From positions 1 to 48,484 of the forward strand of contig CAJVPI010000151.1 of the NCBI GenBank assembly GCA_910592345.1: DNA of 48,484 nt, given 5' to 3'. Source of the stretch: Paraglomus brasilianum (Eukaryota). The notes beneath the pieces were generated by a model. That model did not search any database. It was not told the origin of the DNA and was given only the letters and a program-made list of their open reading frames with translations. Both the position numbers and the translations under genes were made by a program. Below are positions 1-15,865 of this stretch, piece after piece (position 1 is the first letter of the stretch; each line of letters opens with the position of its first letter).

Positions 1-782
1 TTCAAAAATATATACGCATCAAATGATGCAACAGCTATGTTCAATTGTAAACTATCTCACATTACACTGTACGTATTTTAACAAGTACCGTTCACGTTCC
101 CGACGCTTGAGGTAAATATTAAGATTTTTTTGTGTTAAACGTGTTGGCACATTTCTCTAGTTGATAAGACCTATTGGCAGGCTCCTCATATTCAAAAATT
201 CAACAGTGCTACAATTGGTTAGATTATTGATATTATATGATGCCATGATTCTCTCCACTTGAAGCGCGAATAAATGGGTAATCGAAGGACACAAGAGACA
301 TAGGGTTCACAAATACCGAGACTTGCGCGTGTTAATGAATGCACAGAAGCAAGCAAATAAATAATGACTTAAAATTATTTATTGTTTTATTACTATAACT
401 GGTTTTCAAAACTTACCAAGGTTCGAATAAGAACTAATCTTTTCGAGTGTCGTGTATAATTTGCACTCTCAAATATACGACATGACAACTTGGTGATAAT
501 TTGATCAATTCAAAAATTTCAATAATTAAGTACACTTCTCAAGCACTTCTTACTTTGTTTAACTACTTTATTCTATACAAAATCATGTTATCCCACTAGT
601 GACTGGGTCCTCAATTAATTTTGTTCTACAACTGCATACAAATGTGAAAGGCTTTAAGATTTTCATTTTGACAAGGATAGAAAGAGACAGTACATAGTTA
701 TATAGGCTAAAAAGATACGAAAGATATTTTTCTGCTGCAATATTAATATAGTAAATATTAAGCCTAGTTAAATAAAAAATTA

Positions 783-932
783 CAGTCAACTCTGTTTATA
801 CCAGAAATGTATATACCGAAATCTCTTTATACCAGACGGACTGATTCTTGCGCACCGTTCGTTTCATATGAAAATTCTTTGTTTATGCCGGAGTCTCTAT
901 GCCAACCCGTTCGGTATAAACAGAGTTGACTG
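783..932. mobile_element. Tc1/mariner-pogo-type MITE (150 bp)
   Basis: Perfect 20-bp terminal inverted repeats CAGTCAACTCTGTTTATACC (783-802) / GGTATAAACAGAGTTGACTG (913-932), flanked by TA on both sides; no coding capacity. Confidence 0.9.
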
Positions 933-1290
933 TATTTGCTAAAAGCCTCACAAAGAACATTGCTTGATCGTAGACCTGACTTTGTTGTATTGGATGCGAG
1001 GACTGTATAAGATAAATCACTTTCTTTATAGCCATGTTATCTAGTGACAGTTCAAATACGTCATATTGTGTTTCTGTAACAACATTCACTATTCAAGTTT
1101 TTCTCTTAATAATGAAAAAAAAAAAAATCTTTGAGAAAAGATATTGTTGCATCGCGAACGTCCTCGTAGTGCCGATAACGATTAATAGGATTTTATATAA
1201 TTCAGATTCTGAATCATGTACGTTTTTGACAATTATTAATTATAATACAAAGAAAATCTAGGACGAGTAAGCGATTTATTGTAGTCTTAA

Positions 1291-4178
<2,888 letters not shown>

Positions 4179-4246
4179 ACAGACTGAACATAGTACTGAA
4201 TTTGTAGCATAAGTCTTTATACTTTTATTGCTAATAAATAAATAAA

Positions 4247-7041
4247 CTATTGAACCGTTGATAGAACTATTATTTCCCGTCTGATGTCTGATATTCCAGA
4301 TCTACCACTAGATGTTACTCTAACTTCCGTAACTCCTGGTAGCAATAATTCCTGGTCGAAAAGTATACTAATCATTAATCTTCGCGTCTTTCTAAGGAAT
4401 TCATTATCAGCCGCTCCTAATGAATTCGTTTTTCTAACAATTATAATTGATTTCATTACTGATCATGGTATTTTATTTCGTTTAATGTTTTTTACAAGGT
4501 TGTTCTTTCGACTTTTAATCCTAGATTATAATTATGTTGAAAGTTTTAAATATACAGAATACAGAAGGAGTCTTTCTGCTGTTGCAATTATTTCAACAGG
4601 TCATCTATCACTACTTATTTATGAGCTTGCTGCTTTCCTGTTTAGTTCCCGGGCAAGTTGGAGGAATTTCTGTAAAGCATTTCTAAAGACGACATTATCG
4701 ACATCTTCATCCTGGCTGCAGGCTTCCACCGTTTCTGCAATTCTATCTTGCTCCCTTGCGTCTTTTTAATAATGCTTGCGGCAAGGGCGTTACTGGCATC
4801 AAGACCCGCAGTTTGGAGTGTCGGTGGTGCCTTGGATCCTCCCTTGGCGCAGAATATTTATCCTCTTTTTTATTTCTTGGTCCATAGACATTTTACACCG
4901 GATTGATTATTTGTAATTACAAATGCATTTGAGCATCATTAAATATAGGCAACTCCTCGGGCTCGAACGGAACATTGATGTTATAATATTCGTTGAAGAT
5001 GATAACCAAGTCCCGCCATCTCCTCCTATGTGTGATAGAGTCTGGGTATTATTCCCACCCTACCGACAAGAAGTTCCTTCATTAAATGTTTTGCTATTTG
5101 AGCCCATAAATCTATATATGGGCGCTGAGTATTTAAGAAATGTTTGTGAAAGGGGTATTTGGCGGCGAGGGCCCAAATATTCATCTATTAAAGTCCAGAA
5201 GGTAATGTTCTTTTAATTTCTTTTTCGGGTGAAAGTAATTGTTGTGATAAATTCTAGTTCAGGTCCGTCAATGGATGAAAGGAAAGCTTTAAAATTTCGT
5301 CTAAACAGATGCTAAGCACCTGTTCGATTGTGAGGCTGTGCACTGCAGCGAACGCTTGCATTATGATATGAGGTAATCTTGTCGAATAAACCACGTCTTC
5401 CAGATGAGAATAATCCGGCAACGTCAATGAGGACGAACCGATCACCGGAGATATTTTTTGATCATCTCCCCACCAATCAAATAAACGACTTTCGAATTAT
5501 ACTGTCCACATGCATGCAAGCCATCTTCGTCCAGTATCAGTCCAAGGAAAATCTGTTCTTGACAAACTTGGCATAAAATTATATCCATTGTAATCGGTAT
5601 GATTGCATTCATTAAAAGTACCAGACATATCACGGTAATGAATTGCCGGACTAGAAACATTCCCGTTTTCTGCACAGTTTGCAACTTGAGCTTGTCGACT
5701 TTCGCAATCGCCAATTATATTTGAGGATAAGAAGCCACCGCTTCTATAGTCCGGGTAACCGCCGAAACAATATCCCAAAATGTCATCGGTGTTATTATCG
5801 TTAATATTGTTAACGTGATAGCCGTAGTCCTTATCATTGCTGTCATAATTGTTATAAAAATGTGAATGCCACGTTCAACTTCAGAATTATCGGTGTTAAG
5901 GGTCTTATCAGGCAACTTTTTGAATTCATCTGCTACTGTGCTTGTGTAATTATAGATTTTGTCTGTTTGTGGTGGGTTTACAACCTCTTCTTGTACAGCT
6001 TTATTTACATCTTCTAGTTCGTGCGTTTGAGTACAATCGTCTTTACGTTCATCATTAATTTGCTCGTTCTTATTTTTCACATTATTCTCGTTATCTTCAT
6101 AACGCGTTTCTCTTTTTTGGTTAACCCTGTCAAAAAAGATACGCTCTTATTCGTAACTTTTCCCTTGTCCAATGAACGTGATTTGAACTTCTTCCACTGG
6201 CTATGTAAATCTACGTCGGCACATGGTGAAAATAATGACTCGACAAGGGTAGAGTTTGACTGAGGGCAAGACGGAGAAAGGAGCATTGGAATTTGAATGT
6301 GCAGCGGCACCTGTCGATTCGTAATTTACATTTTGAATTTCAATATAACATTATTACGGTCTTTGTTATTCGCCCTCTCATGTTGTTCTCTTTCATTCGC
6401 ATCAATAATATTGCGCGCTCGCCTTTTTATGCTTTTAACGACATAAACAGAACTGTCTGTTTCTAACGCCTCGTTACTGATTTCTGCTTTTTTTGCCTCA
6501 TTTGCAACATTACTTGCTACTTTGTTACTTGTTTTAACAGCATTTGATGCTTTATACATTGCAAACATTTCCTGTGCATGGCCTCTTTTCAGGGTAATCC
6601 TCTCGTTTGTTAGTATCGGTGACCCAAACTTGGTCATAACACCCGATCCAGGTGCTCGCGAACGTGTAGGTGTCGAATGTATGGTGGCTTCATTATTCGT
6701 TTGTTTTCTGAGTCTGATTTTCGTGAAAGCTTTTTAAGCGTCGCGCGCTTGAACATTCTTTTCCGGGATTGCTTGGCTGAGGATACCCTGCCTTCAGCAG
6801 ACGTTTTCTTTAGAGGCGTTACAAAAGCGTTTGCAGTGGTCTTCGCATGGTTGGCGTTAGTGTCTGCAAAATTGTTTTCGTCTGGATAGTTATCATACTG
6901 TCTGTTAAGAGCGAAATCTCGCTGTTCCTTAATCCATTTTTCCGCAAGCGCTCTTCTTGTCGTTGTCTTCGTTTGAGGGATTGCGTTGGAGAATGTTTCG
7001 TGTAAGCAACGGTCTTGTCGTTATCTGCCTTTTTTGATCAT
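4247..7041 (-). pseudogene. Long, apparently intronless decayed ORF of unknown family (acidic low-complexity N-half, Cys-rich segment, coiled-coil end); possibly TE- or virus-derived
   Basis: Collinear minus-strand ORF pieces (6326-6637, 6077-6310, 5715-6080, 5497-5778, 5254-5445) are linked by in-frame stops or frameshifts at homopolymers; the 3' part reads as protein in one frame interrupted by many stops. Confidence 0.6.
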
Positions 7042-7439
7042 ATGTGTACGCGACTAGTTAGATAAAGGTGAGTGAGGAGAGTGAGGAAAAATAATCTACG
7101 CGTTTTGACTGTGTTTAAATAGAGGATCAGCATGAATTTATGCACCTGTGTGGGACCTTGAACTTTGATGCAATTAAGCATATTCATTCATGTTACCACC
7201 TGTTAATCACATGTTTAATTACTCAATTTTATATATTGCTATCCTTTATAACATGCAACAATTATCAATCTCTTTGTCAGTAAAGTTTGTTAAAATATAT
7301 ACGCATGCGATTGACGGATGAACAGATTACGCAAATACATGGTGCAAATTGATAAGATATTTGTCATGTAGACCTCTTATTCATAAGATACGTTGCATGT
7401 AACTATGCATATTAATATCTAATATATCGAGACGGATAA

Positions 7440-7850
7440 AATATAAAATATATAGTGTCACACAAGACCCGGAGTACATTTATTGTAATGCAATATGCTA
7501 ACAACGGTGATCTTTTGTCTTATTTGGAACAAATTGACGTGGAAGATGAAATTAGGGTACTTGAAGTATATTTTGCGTGCTGTCCATTTGTGCATTGTGA
7601 TCTTCATGCCGTACATATTAATATGGATCTTTGATCGGTGAAATCGCGTGAATCAACCATTCGAGGCGTTTTACCCGGAAGTCTTCCATACTAGTAAATT
7701 TACTCAGAAATCAGACACATATGAACTTGGTATTATTATGTATTCGGTTGCCTCTGCTTTTAGAGATAGGCAGTTCGATAGAGATTCATTCTGGGCGGAC
7801 TACGACCATTGATGCCTGATTCTGCACCAGATGAACTTGCCGAGTACATC
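7440..7850 (+). pseudogene. Protein kinase (TKL-like) catalytic-domain remnant
   Basis: Frame-shifted fragments YSVTQDPE / IVMQYANNGDLLSYLEQ / LTWKMKLGYLKYI / CDLH / GVLP / PEVFHTSKFTQKSDTYELGIIMY / GLRPLMPDSAP match the expanded kinase family of these fungi; many internal deletions. Confidence 0.8.
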
Positions 7851-9178
7851 TTCTGTGAGTAAATTATCTAAAAAATCCAGAAGAGAAGTCGCATTTCATC
7901 ACAGGCACAACGACAACTATAAGATTTAACGAATCTGTTTACAGTTGTGATTTTCGCAGAACCGATAGTGAAGAAATACGAGACATTGGATTCTTGTTGA
8001 TTGTTCAAGTATGACTGATAGTGTATTTTGCTCCGTCCGCAATTTGGGAGAAATCGGGCCAACAGGCCGATTAATGAAATCTGTAAAGACGTTGGTATAC
8101 ACGTAACTGTGGTTAGGGCTCCTTCAATAGTTAAATCAGAGCGATGCCCTTTGAGCTTAATCCTTAAAATATCATTTTAGGGCCATCCCACATATCGTTT
8201 ACATCACAATTTTAATGGCCAGAGCTCCCAGAGATTACTTTTTTTTTTTTAATCAATCTCAGCGTCGAATCGTTTCAATGGTTTTTTGTTCGTTGGGTTT
8301 ATTCTCAGGAGACAAAATTCTCTGATCGTGGCAAAGGTTAAATTTCTAGATTTTATGATCTTAATTAATTTTCTCATATTGTACGCGTATATTACAAGGT
8401 ATGCGATTTAAGAAGGATCCAAGAATCAATACCCTAAAAACGAATTCGGTTAGAACGCGGCCAAATCAATTGTCATGCCCAATTTGGCTCAATTACACCA
8501 AACGCCTCAAATTTTTTTGCAAGAAAATCATCAAGGAACTCTTGTAACTCAATATACTAATAGTAATACGGGAGCCCACGCTCAGTTCATTATACTTCTA
8601 ATCCGCGAATATAACAGGTATGCTATGCATTTATTGGCCACATGGTTAGAACACCGTGCTCTAAGACAGCGTAAATTCAATTTAAACAAGCACAGTATAT
8701 CATATGGTATTCGGAATTATGTCTTTTTGTCCATGCATGCTCACATACGACCCATCACATCCTCAATATTAGCAACTTGGTCACAATATCTTTATCACAA
8801 CACGGTGGTATAACAAGCGTTTACATCACGTTAACTCAATTTTACATATATAAATACAGTTTTTTAGGAATAAATAACAATATGATGGTACTGCCTACGT
8901 TGATAGGATATTAGGATAAAATTAAAGAAGACGAGGAAGAATAAGGAGTACGTATGTATGTAACAAGACGCAGTTCTAGAACAAATGTTCAAAATGGAAA
9001 TTTCTTACAACCAGGGAAAGAAAACTGAAATGTCCGCCATAGAACATGAGCAAGTGTTGAACACCCACGAGCTAAACCCTAAAACACAAATTATATCTCT
9101 AGTTTTTTCTACTAATTACCGTCTCTATCGCGCTGCTTGTGCCCCTGTCCTATTGATATTGTAGTTGTCCAGATGCCT

Positions 9179-12100
9179 TCATATGAAATTATTCCGATTA
9201 AATTCGCTTTCTACAGGAAGTATATCTTCATCGTCGTCATAGTGACTGGACGTTGATCCTGTGCTCCTTGTTGCGTCAATTTCAAATCTTTGGCTGTCAC
9301 TGCCACTGGCATAGCCATATTGAGGAAATGCATTGTAGGTATTAGCAGATTGAGATAATGGGGGTGGTGATAAAGAGCGTTGTGAAGTAGATGTAAAATT
9401 GCGCGGTACAGGAGATTGCGCGGTATACAACGTGGGCAATAAAGCAGGCGTTGAATGTGTTGAGACGGGTGACAAATTCGGCGACAAAGTGGGCAATACA
9501 GAGGGTGGTAAATTCGGCGACAAGGTCGGCAATATGGAATAAGGTGACCTACTGGTCGGCGTATCAGACTGTCCAACTGACGTGCCAGCAGGATAACCAG
9601 TAAACGAAGTAGCTGATCTGTCGGCTGTCCACCCTCCTAGCAATCCGCCCGATAATCCACTTGACGACATTCCTGTAGACGTGTTGCTGAAAACCCCGGT
9701 GGTGTTCGTATTATTTTGACTTTCACTTGCGAAATTATTTCTGCTCTGGTATTCCGAATTGTTTCCACTTCCGGTTAAAATACCATTATCATTCCCATCG
9801 TCATGCTTCCCGGCTTCAATATTAAAATCTTCAGATGCAGGGAATCCAACGTGAACAACACTCGCTCTCTCTCTCTCATCCGGGTTAACAATAAACAGTG
9901 TACCCCTAGCTATTGGACTTTCTATCAACGATCCATTATCACGGCGGGATGGAGCGTACGGGCCAGAGCTTACGTCATCTGGCTTTTTCTTAGTGCCAAA
10001 TATTTTCTTGGCAAACCGAGAAAGAAACGAACTAGACTGACCAGGTTGAGGTACTCCGGGAGGAGGAGCAGTAATATTGTCAGAAATGATATTTTGCCTT
10101 CCAAACGTACTATATTCGCCTGCAAGTGGTTGGCGTGGTGGTTGATAAGTAGTGCTCTCCTCTGCCGTACTAGATACTGGGCCAGGATGCATCATTACTA
10201 CTGAATCAACCGATCCGACTCGTCCATGCACGGGGGGGACATTAGTGGCGATTCCGGGTGACGATGATAATGATATTGGTATATTATGATTCCACGGCTG
10301 AATATTGGTCATTTGTCCTAGTGGAGTAGTTCGTCTCGGTGAGCTCATAGACGCGACTGTGTCTGAATTGTTAGATGGTAAGGAATATGAGCTTTGCATA
10401 CTGTTATTGCGTTCGTCGAGCGCATCGCCAAAGTATTGTGGTACAGCTACTGATGTTGTTTGGTTACCATTGCCATTAATCGGCGGATGTCTCTTTCTTA
10501 TCCATTCTAATTTTGATGGACGGTAATAACTTTCATCTGTCATATCAGCAAAAGATAATCGAGTGCTTTGTGACCCGTGATATGTGGACTCATTTTCATC
10601 TGATACGGTGCCACTCACCGACCCCTCATGGACATGCTGGACATGCTCATACGTATGGGGTTGGGATTGGTGACGAACAACAGCAGCATTACTTCCTCTA
10701 CGATCCTCCTCACTGTTACCCGCACTGCTTCTGTTTTTATCACTAGGCGCTGAATATCTGGTGTTTCCTTTGACGTCTGCTATCTGTGGTATTTCGTCAT
10801 TTGGGAGTATTCCACACCAACCGAATAATACTTCAAGTAGGTGTTTCAAAGCGAGAACTGTGAAAGTACAATATGCCAGCCCATGAAAAGTGATAACGGC
10901 ATACCCGACTATCTCTCTAGTATCACTTGCGATATTAATGTTCGGAATAAGCAAAAGAAGCAGTCCAGATATCAACGTCCTGAACACCCCTAAGGCTACA
11001 TACATGGAGTTCAACCCTCCCTCTTTATAGGGCTGCTTGACAACTATAGCAATCAAATACAATATTTCTATTAAGAGCAACAAAGCTACCTGTGCTGCAC
11101 CACTGTCTTGTCCACTTCCAGTGACCATCGCTCTGAGAAACAGGTATATCCATACAACTATTAAAAAACTTGTATACTCCTTTTTAAATGTGTTATATAA
11201 AGTGCCGTAGCGTAGTAGCATATGAATATTTGAGTAGAGTTGATCGCTATTACGTAACAGGTATATTGATATTACAATAGGCAGTATTAGGCATGGAATG
11301 ATTACGACTATCACAGCTAGAACGGTGAACCATGCAGGGGTGATTTTACGTATCGTCAGCTGGTAGAAGGCTGCTGCGAGAAGCGGAAAGTAGAAGAGAA
11401 AGAAGACGCGTAATAGACTTCCTATATAAAATAAGACAACGGCGGGTTAGTCTTGATTGCATAAGTACTGTAATAGTGATTATTATCAATATCCTTATTG
11501 TATCAGTCTCGTTCACCATCACCATGCACATGTTACCTTGTAAAAGAGAAAACCCTTTAGCCGTGGATCCTCTAAACTTCCCGGAGAATGTTGACTTCAA
11601 TGTCTCCCACGATCCCCATATCAGCCCACACATCGCAGCCACGATTGCGAATATTATTAAAAAAATAACCAAAGTCTCCGGAAACAAGTTCCCCGGATGT
11701 GGATCCGTAAATAATACATAATTGCCAAAACCTCCATACAAAGCAAGACTCTCTTCCAGCGTCAATACTACTAAATTTTTTGTCTCGGACAAGAATATAC
11801 CCGCCCTCTTAGTAACCTCCAGGGCCTTCGTCTTGATGACGTTTATATCACTGAGTACGGTAGTTCCATTCTGAATTGATATTATCTCACTGTGATTAAA
11901 TATCAAACTACCCCACCCAAAATGACTCATAAATGGCTGATAATATCCGGGATAATCCAACGAGAGCTGAGCAGTTGAGACTGCAAATTGAGTATAGAAC
12001 ATTATATCAAAAAACCCTGGAGTCTTTAACCTTAAGACTTGCTCCTGACTGCTTGTAATTTGGAATAGATCAGTCGTGAGTTGACCGGGACCGAATACAC

Positions 12101-12873
12101 TTGCAACTGAGCTGACAAGCCAGGTGAATAGAGTCATTGAAGCAGGAAGCCATGTGAACACTTGAGAATAGTAGTTGTATTGAGGAGTAAAGTCAAATTC
12201 GACGCACGTAACTTGAGTTGCATTTTCATCGGATGCTTTGTAGGTTACAGTTAGAGTTGTAAGTGGGACCGCGCGGGGTAAGTTCACCAACTGGAAAAAA
12301 AGCGAGAACAATAAGGTGAGACAGTTGACGCAGAGACAGAAAACATTGAATTCATATGAGAACTGGTAAAATTGATAGATCATATTCAGCGAACAGTATT
12401 ATACTGTTAATTCGTCTACTATTACCGATATCCAACCGTTACATCTGACACTTGTATATTATTAAATTACCTTCTCTATTGTTATAGGTCCCGCAGGATA
12501 TGGACACGCAACTTGAAGACAATATTGTTCCGCGTTATCGACTAGCTTTTCGCTCAGTACTTTAACAGTAGTGAATGCAGTCGCTATTGTGGGTAACATT
12601 GATAAGTAAGTATCTTCTTCATACATTTTTAATTTCTCTCTCTGCTTGTTATTCTCACTTACCCAGAAAATTCGGCCCAGTTCCTGATACTTCCTTATTC
12701 GAAGTCCCTTGTATGAAAAAAGCAAGTGTATTTTTATTTTCATTGAATATGACTTCCACACTGCTGACATTGAGAGAGTTCTGGTTTGCACAGCTTCTAA
12801 AGGACACTTGAGTTGCGCTCACACATTGAGTTAGAGCTATTATTGCTACGAGTAAAAGTGTGAGCATATGCAT
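9179..12873 (-). CDS. TRP_N (ML-like) + TRP/Flc-family multi-pass membrane protein, 4 exons, about 1106 aa
   Basis: Exons 12873-12663, 12583-12471, 12290-11537, 11421-9179 join in frame (3321 nt). Signal peptide, ML-like domain (LATAFTT..CP..G...VTCV), motif PGFFDIMFYTQFAVSTAQLSLDYPGYYQPFMSHFGW, RYGTLYNTFK, multiple TM helices, long Ser/Pro-rich tail. Confidence 0.88.
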
Positions 12874-13619
12874 AGTCTATTATTATTATCCAAATGATAT
12901 ATACAGGGTCTTATGTTCTTTCTAGAGGATCGCAGTCTGGTACTCTGTACTCTTCTATTAAATTATGGCACTTGGTTGATCACTTTCCCCAGAGCTCTAA
13001 AGTGTTGGGATATGTGCGATGCACATAAGGGGAATGTAGCGAGCTGTTAATTTGTAGGCTTGGTACGTGCGAAGTTTTTTGATGGAGATACTTGTACGAG
13101 CGTGATATATTAGTGAGTGTCACACTGGAAGCTTTATAGTCACGTTACAGTAACATCGATTACTAACCTATGTGAGTAATAGATATTGTCAATAACCGTG
13201 TTAAACAAAGGAACAGCGCAGCTTAAGCTAAACAAGGGAAAGGGTTATATCCTTGAGACATTTAATTGAGGGACTGCATGTCAATTGTATGGTGATAACA
13301 AAATTTTTCGTATTATATTATTTATAGTATATCATAAATGCATCTATTACTAAAAAGTATTGCCTTATAATAGCATCCTGATCTGATCTATTGTTCTCCA
13401 TCCCATTTGGTAATGATTGTCATGGAAATCTATTCTTGCTATTTTTAAATCGGTATTAATATTAAGCTTAACCCTGCTCAGGTCGGGAAAAAGCACAAAT
13501 CACTCGTAAATTGATGTTCATAATATTAATATAGCTATTTCCGATGACTAAAGAGCTCCCTTTTTTGATTTTATGGAACAGGAAAGGTGATTTGTTTTTT
13601 ATAAATCGGTTCGCATATA

Positions 13620-14480
13620 TCATGCCTTGAAAATTCTAGATATCGATTTAACTCACGCCAATTGTGGAACCTTCTTTGTATAGACATTTATGTATGGATG
13701 TGGTGTCGTAAGACTTGGCACTGTTTCAGAATTCAAAAAATAACAGAAAAAAGGTCAACAAAGCGAAAAGGCTAGGGTTGCACCATTTTGATCATTTGAT
13801 GCTATCCATTGTTTCTGTAATACCTATTGAGGTTACGCAAATATCTGTAACAGTCATTGCATCATTTATAATTTGTCGATAGCAATAGATATTATTAATA
13901 CAGTATAAATCAAATAATAACGGTCTCTGTGCATTGGTTCATAATTCTTTGCAGACAAGAAGAACATTCTTCTCTCGTACTTTTCATCGATCGCAGGATG
14001 TCAAGTCTTCTTGACCTGATTCTAATAAGGTGAGGTTATTATCTTTAACCTAATTCCTTAAAGCATTAAAACAACGTTATCTCAAGATTCAACATCTTTG
14101 TATATTTATTACGTCGTCTTAGTTGAACTATCTTTGACATAGAAAAGTCTGTCGCAAGCTCCCTAATATAAAAATCTTAAATTCTAGATGAGAGCATCCA
14201 TCGTATTCAGCATTTGCATCCATATTCTAAAACCTTGATTCATGCTTTTCATCGTAATAGCATCCCCAATGTTAAAGACGCGGTTAGTATTGTGAACGTC
14301 AACATAACCCCATTTGCCACCGCCCTCTGTATACCATTATATTGTTAGTACGTTGTTTGTCGAACGCCCCACAAGTAAATAAAATTGTCCTTGGTTATGA
14401 ACGTCCAACAGATGCAGGAGATGACCAAGTTTGTATGATATTCACAAGTTTGACATTTTTTTCACGAATATTCTTCAATG
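13620..14480. pseudogene. Possible highly degenerate Sel1-repeat gene remnants
   Basis: Short fragments resembling Sel1 repeats: MYGCGV...FKK on +, and WYTE..VANG..YVD and CYYDEK on -. No intact frame. Confidence 0.3.
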
Positions 14481-14745
14481 TCATTGATAAACTTTAATTT
14501 TAAGTTTCAAATTTTCTAATTAACGTTAAAATTCTCCTTATTTATCACGTAAAACGTATTAGCATGGTTTACCCATGTTCTGATTAGTAAATATTGACCT
14601 CACGAATTTAGACTATAATGTATGATTGGTATCGTTTGCCTGATTCGTAAAAAACAAGTTTTCGAAACCGATGAAAGCCTATACACCACCTAATTGGAAG
14701 AGAACGACATGTTGTAACGTTGTTAACTTCTTTTTTTGCGCTTTG

Positions 14746-14956
14746 GGGACACTAACACATGACTATCGCGAGGAACTCTTATTCACAACGAGGTGCTCGC
14801 TAAAGCCCAATTTAAGCTGTTTTTATCTATCTACATACATGCAGAAGAAGAGAATAAAAGTCCATAGTGTGGGTTTATTGGGGGGAATGAGGGAAGGTAT
14901 CTATTCCTAGATAAGTTAATGAGTGATGGTATTCTATTGGGACACTAACACATGAC
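14746..14956 (+). repeat. 18-bp exact direct repeat enclosing about 175 bp
   Basis: GGGACACTAACACATGAC at 14746-14763 and 14939-14956. Confidence 0.75.
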
Positions 14957-15865
14957 AAGCTTGGTCTCTATTACAAAATGAGGACCATTCTTGAAACTTG
15001 CGCAAAATCAACCTTTGTTCTCATAATAATAACATTCAATCCTGATATAGATAATGGTTTCCGTTTACAGCCTAATCATGAAAGCTCCCACATTGATCTG
15101 TAAAAAACTGTAAAATTCAACTAGCATAATAACCGATATCTTTGAACTATACCTAAATATATTGCTTGTTATAGTCAAATTATGCTCTTCAAGATTGGTT
15201 AGCATTAGTATCGTTGATTGAAACCCGTCCCGAAATCCTACTGCTCTCATCTGTCATTGTTACAAGAAACCTTCAATTGGGTTTTTATCCACAAACCTTA
15301 TGATCTCGGCACATACATATTTTATGAACGTTAACACAAATCATATGCTACTACTCGAATGAAACTTGCAATTTTGCTTCGCTCTGATAACCAAGGTAAT
15401 ATAATTGTATTATTTCAAATACTCAGGGCTTCATGCATATATCATAATAGTTGCTGCCAGACAGACTATTTAATAGTAGTAATCGTGATTAAATAACATA
15501 CTTCTCGCGTATTAATACAAATTATAATTGCATTTGGTCAAAGAGAATAAAAATTCTTTCGCCATTGTTATTAAATTCAGATTATTATGTACTTCACAAG
15601 CTCTGCTTTACAGGTCTCTTTTGCCTCTAGTATAATTTGATTCTGCTATTCACTGTTTATGTTGTCTAGTATGATATTTCAATGGATCTGCATCTTGGTT
15701 TATCTTTCATAGATAATAGTGTTAATTCATCACTGTGGTATTATCTGGATTAATGCACATATATTTATGTATAGTATCTCTGTCAAGCTCTTATCACATA
15801 ATCTTAATTATTCACACTTGAAAGAAATGGAGTATCTGGGGTTGTTAGAAGAGGTCTTCAAGATC

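Noticed and set aside
1..440. Short matches to kinase-flanking sequence (AAAATATATACGCAT also near 7292; TTCTTATTCGAAC also near 47970)
   Set aside because: Matches are short and AT-rich and no coding frame could be reconstructed.
4284..4769. 161-aa plus-strand ORF after RLI1
   Set aside because: Hydrophobic, Ser/Leu/Phe-rich composition typical of an antisense shadow of the minus-strand decayed gene; no motif.
4247..5160. Alternative genetic code (TAA/TAG = Gln) for the stop-riddled frame
   Set aside because: TGA stops also occur in frame, upstream parts are frameshifted, and neighbouring genes end in TAA/TAG normally; mutation is the simpler explanation.
9465..9535. LPTLSPNL tandem repeat in the TRP-like protein tail
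   Set aside because: Two-copy 36-bp duplication in a disordered tail; ordinary.
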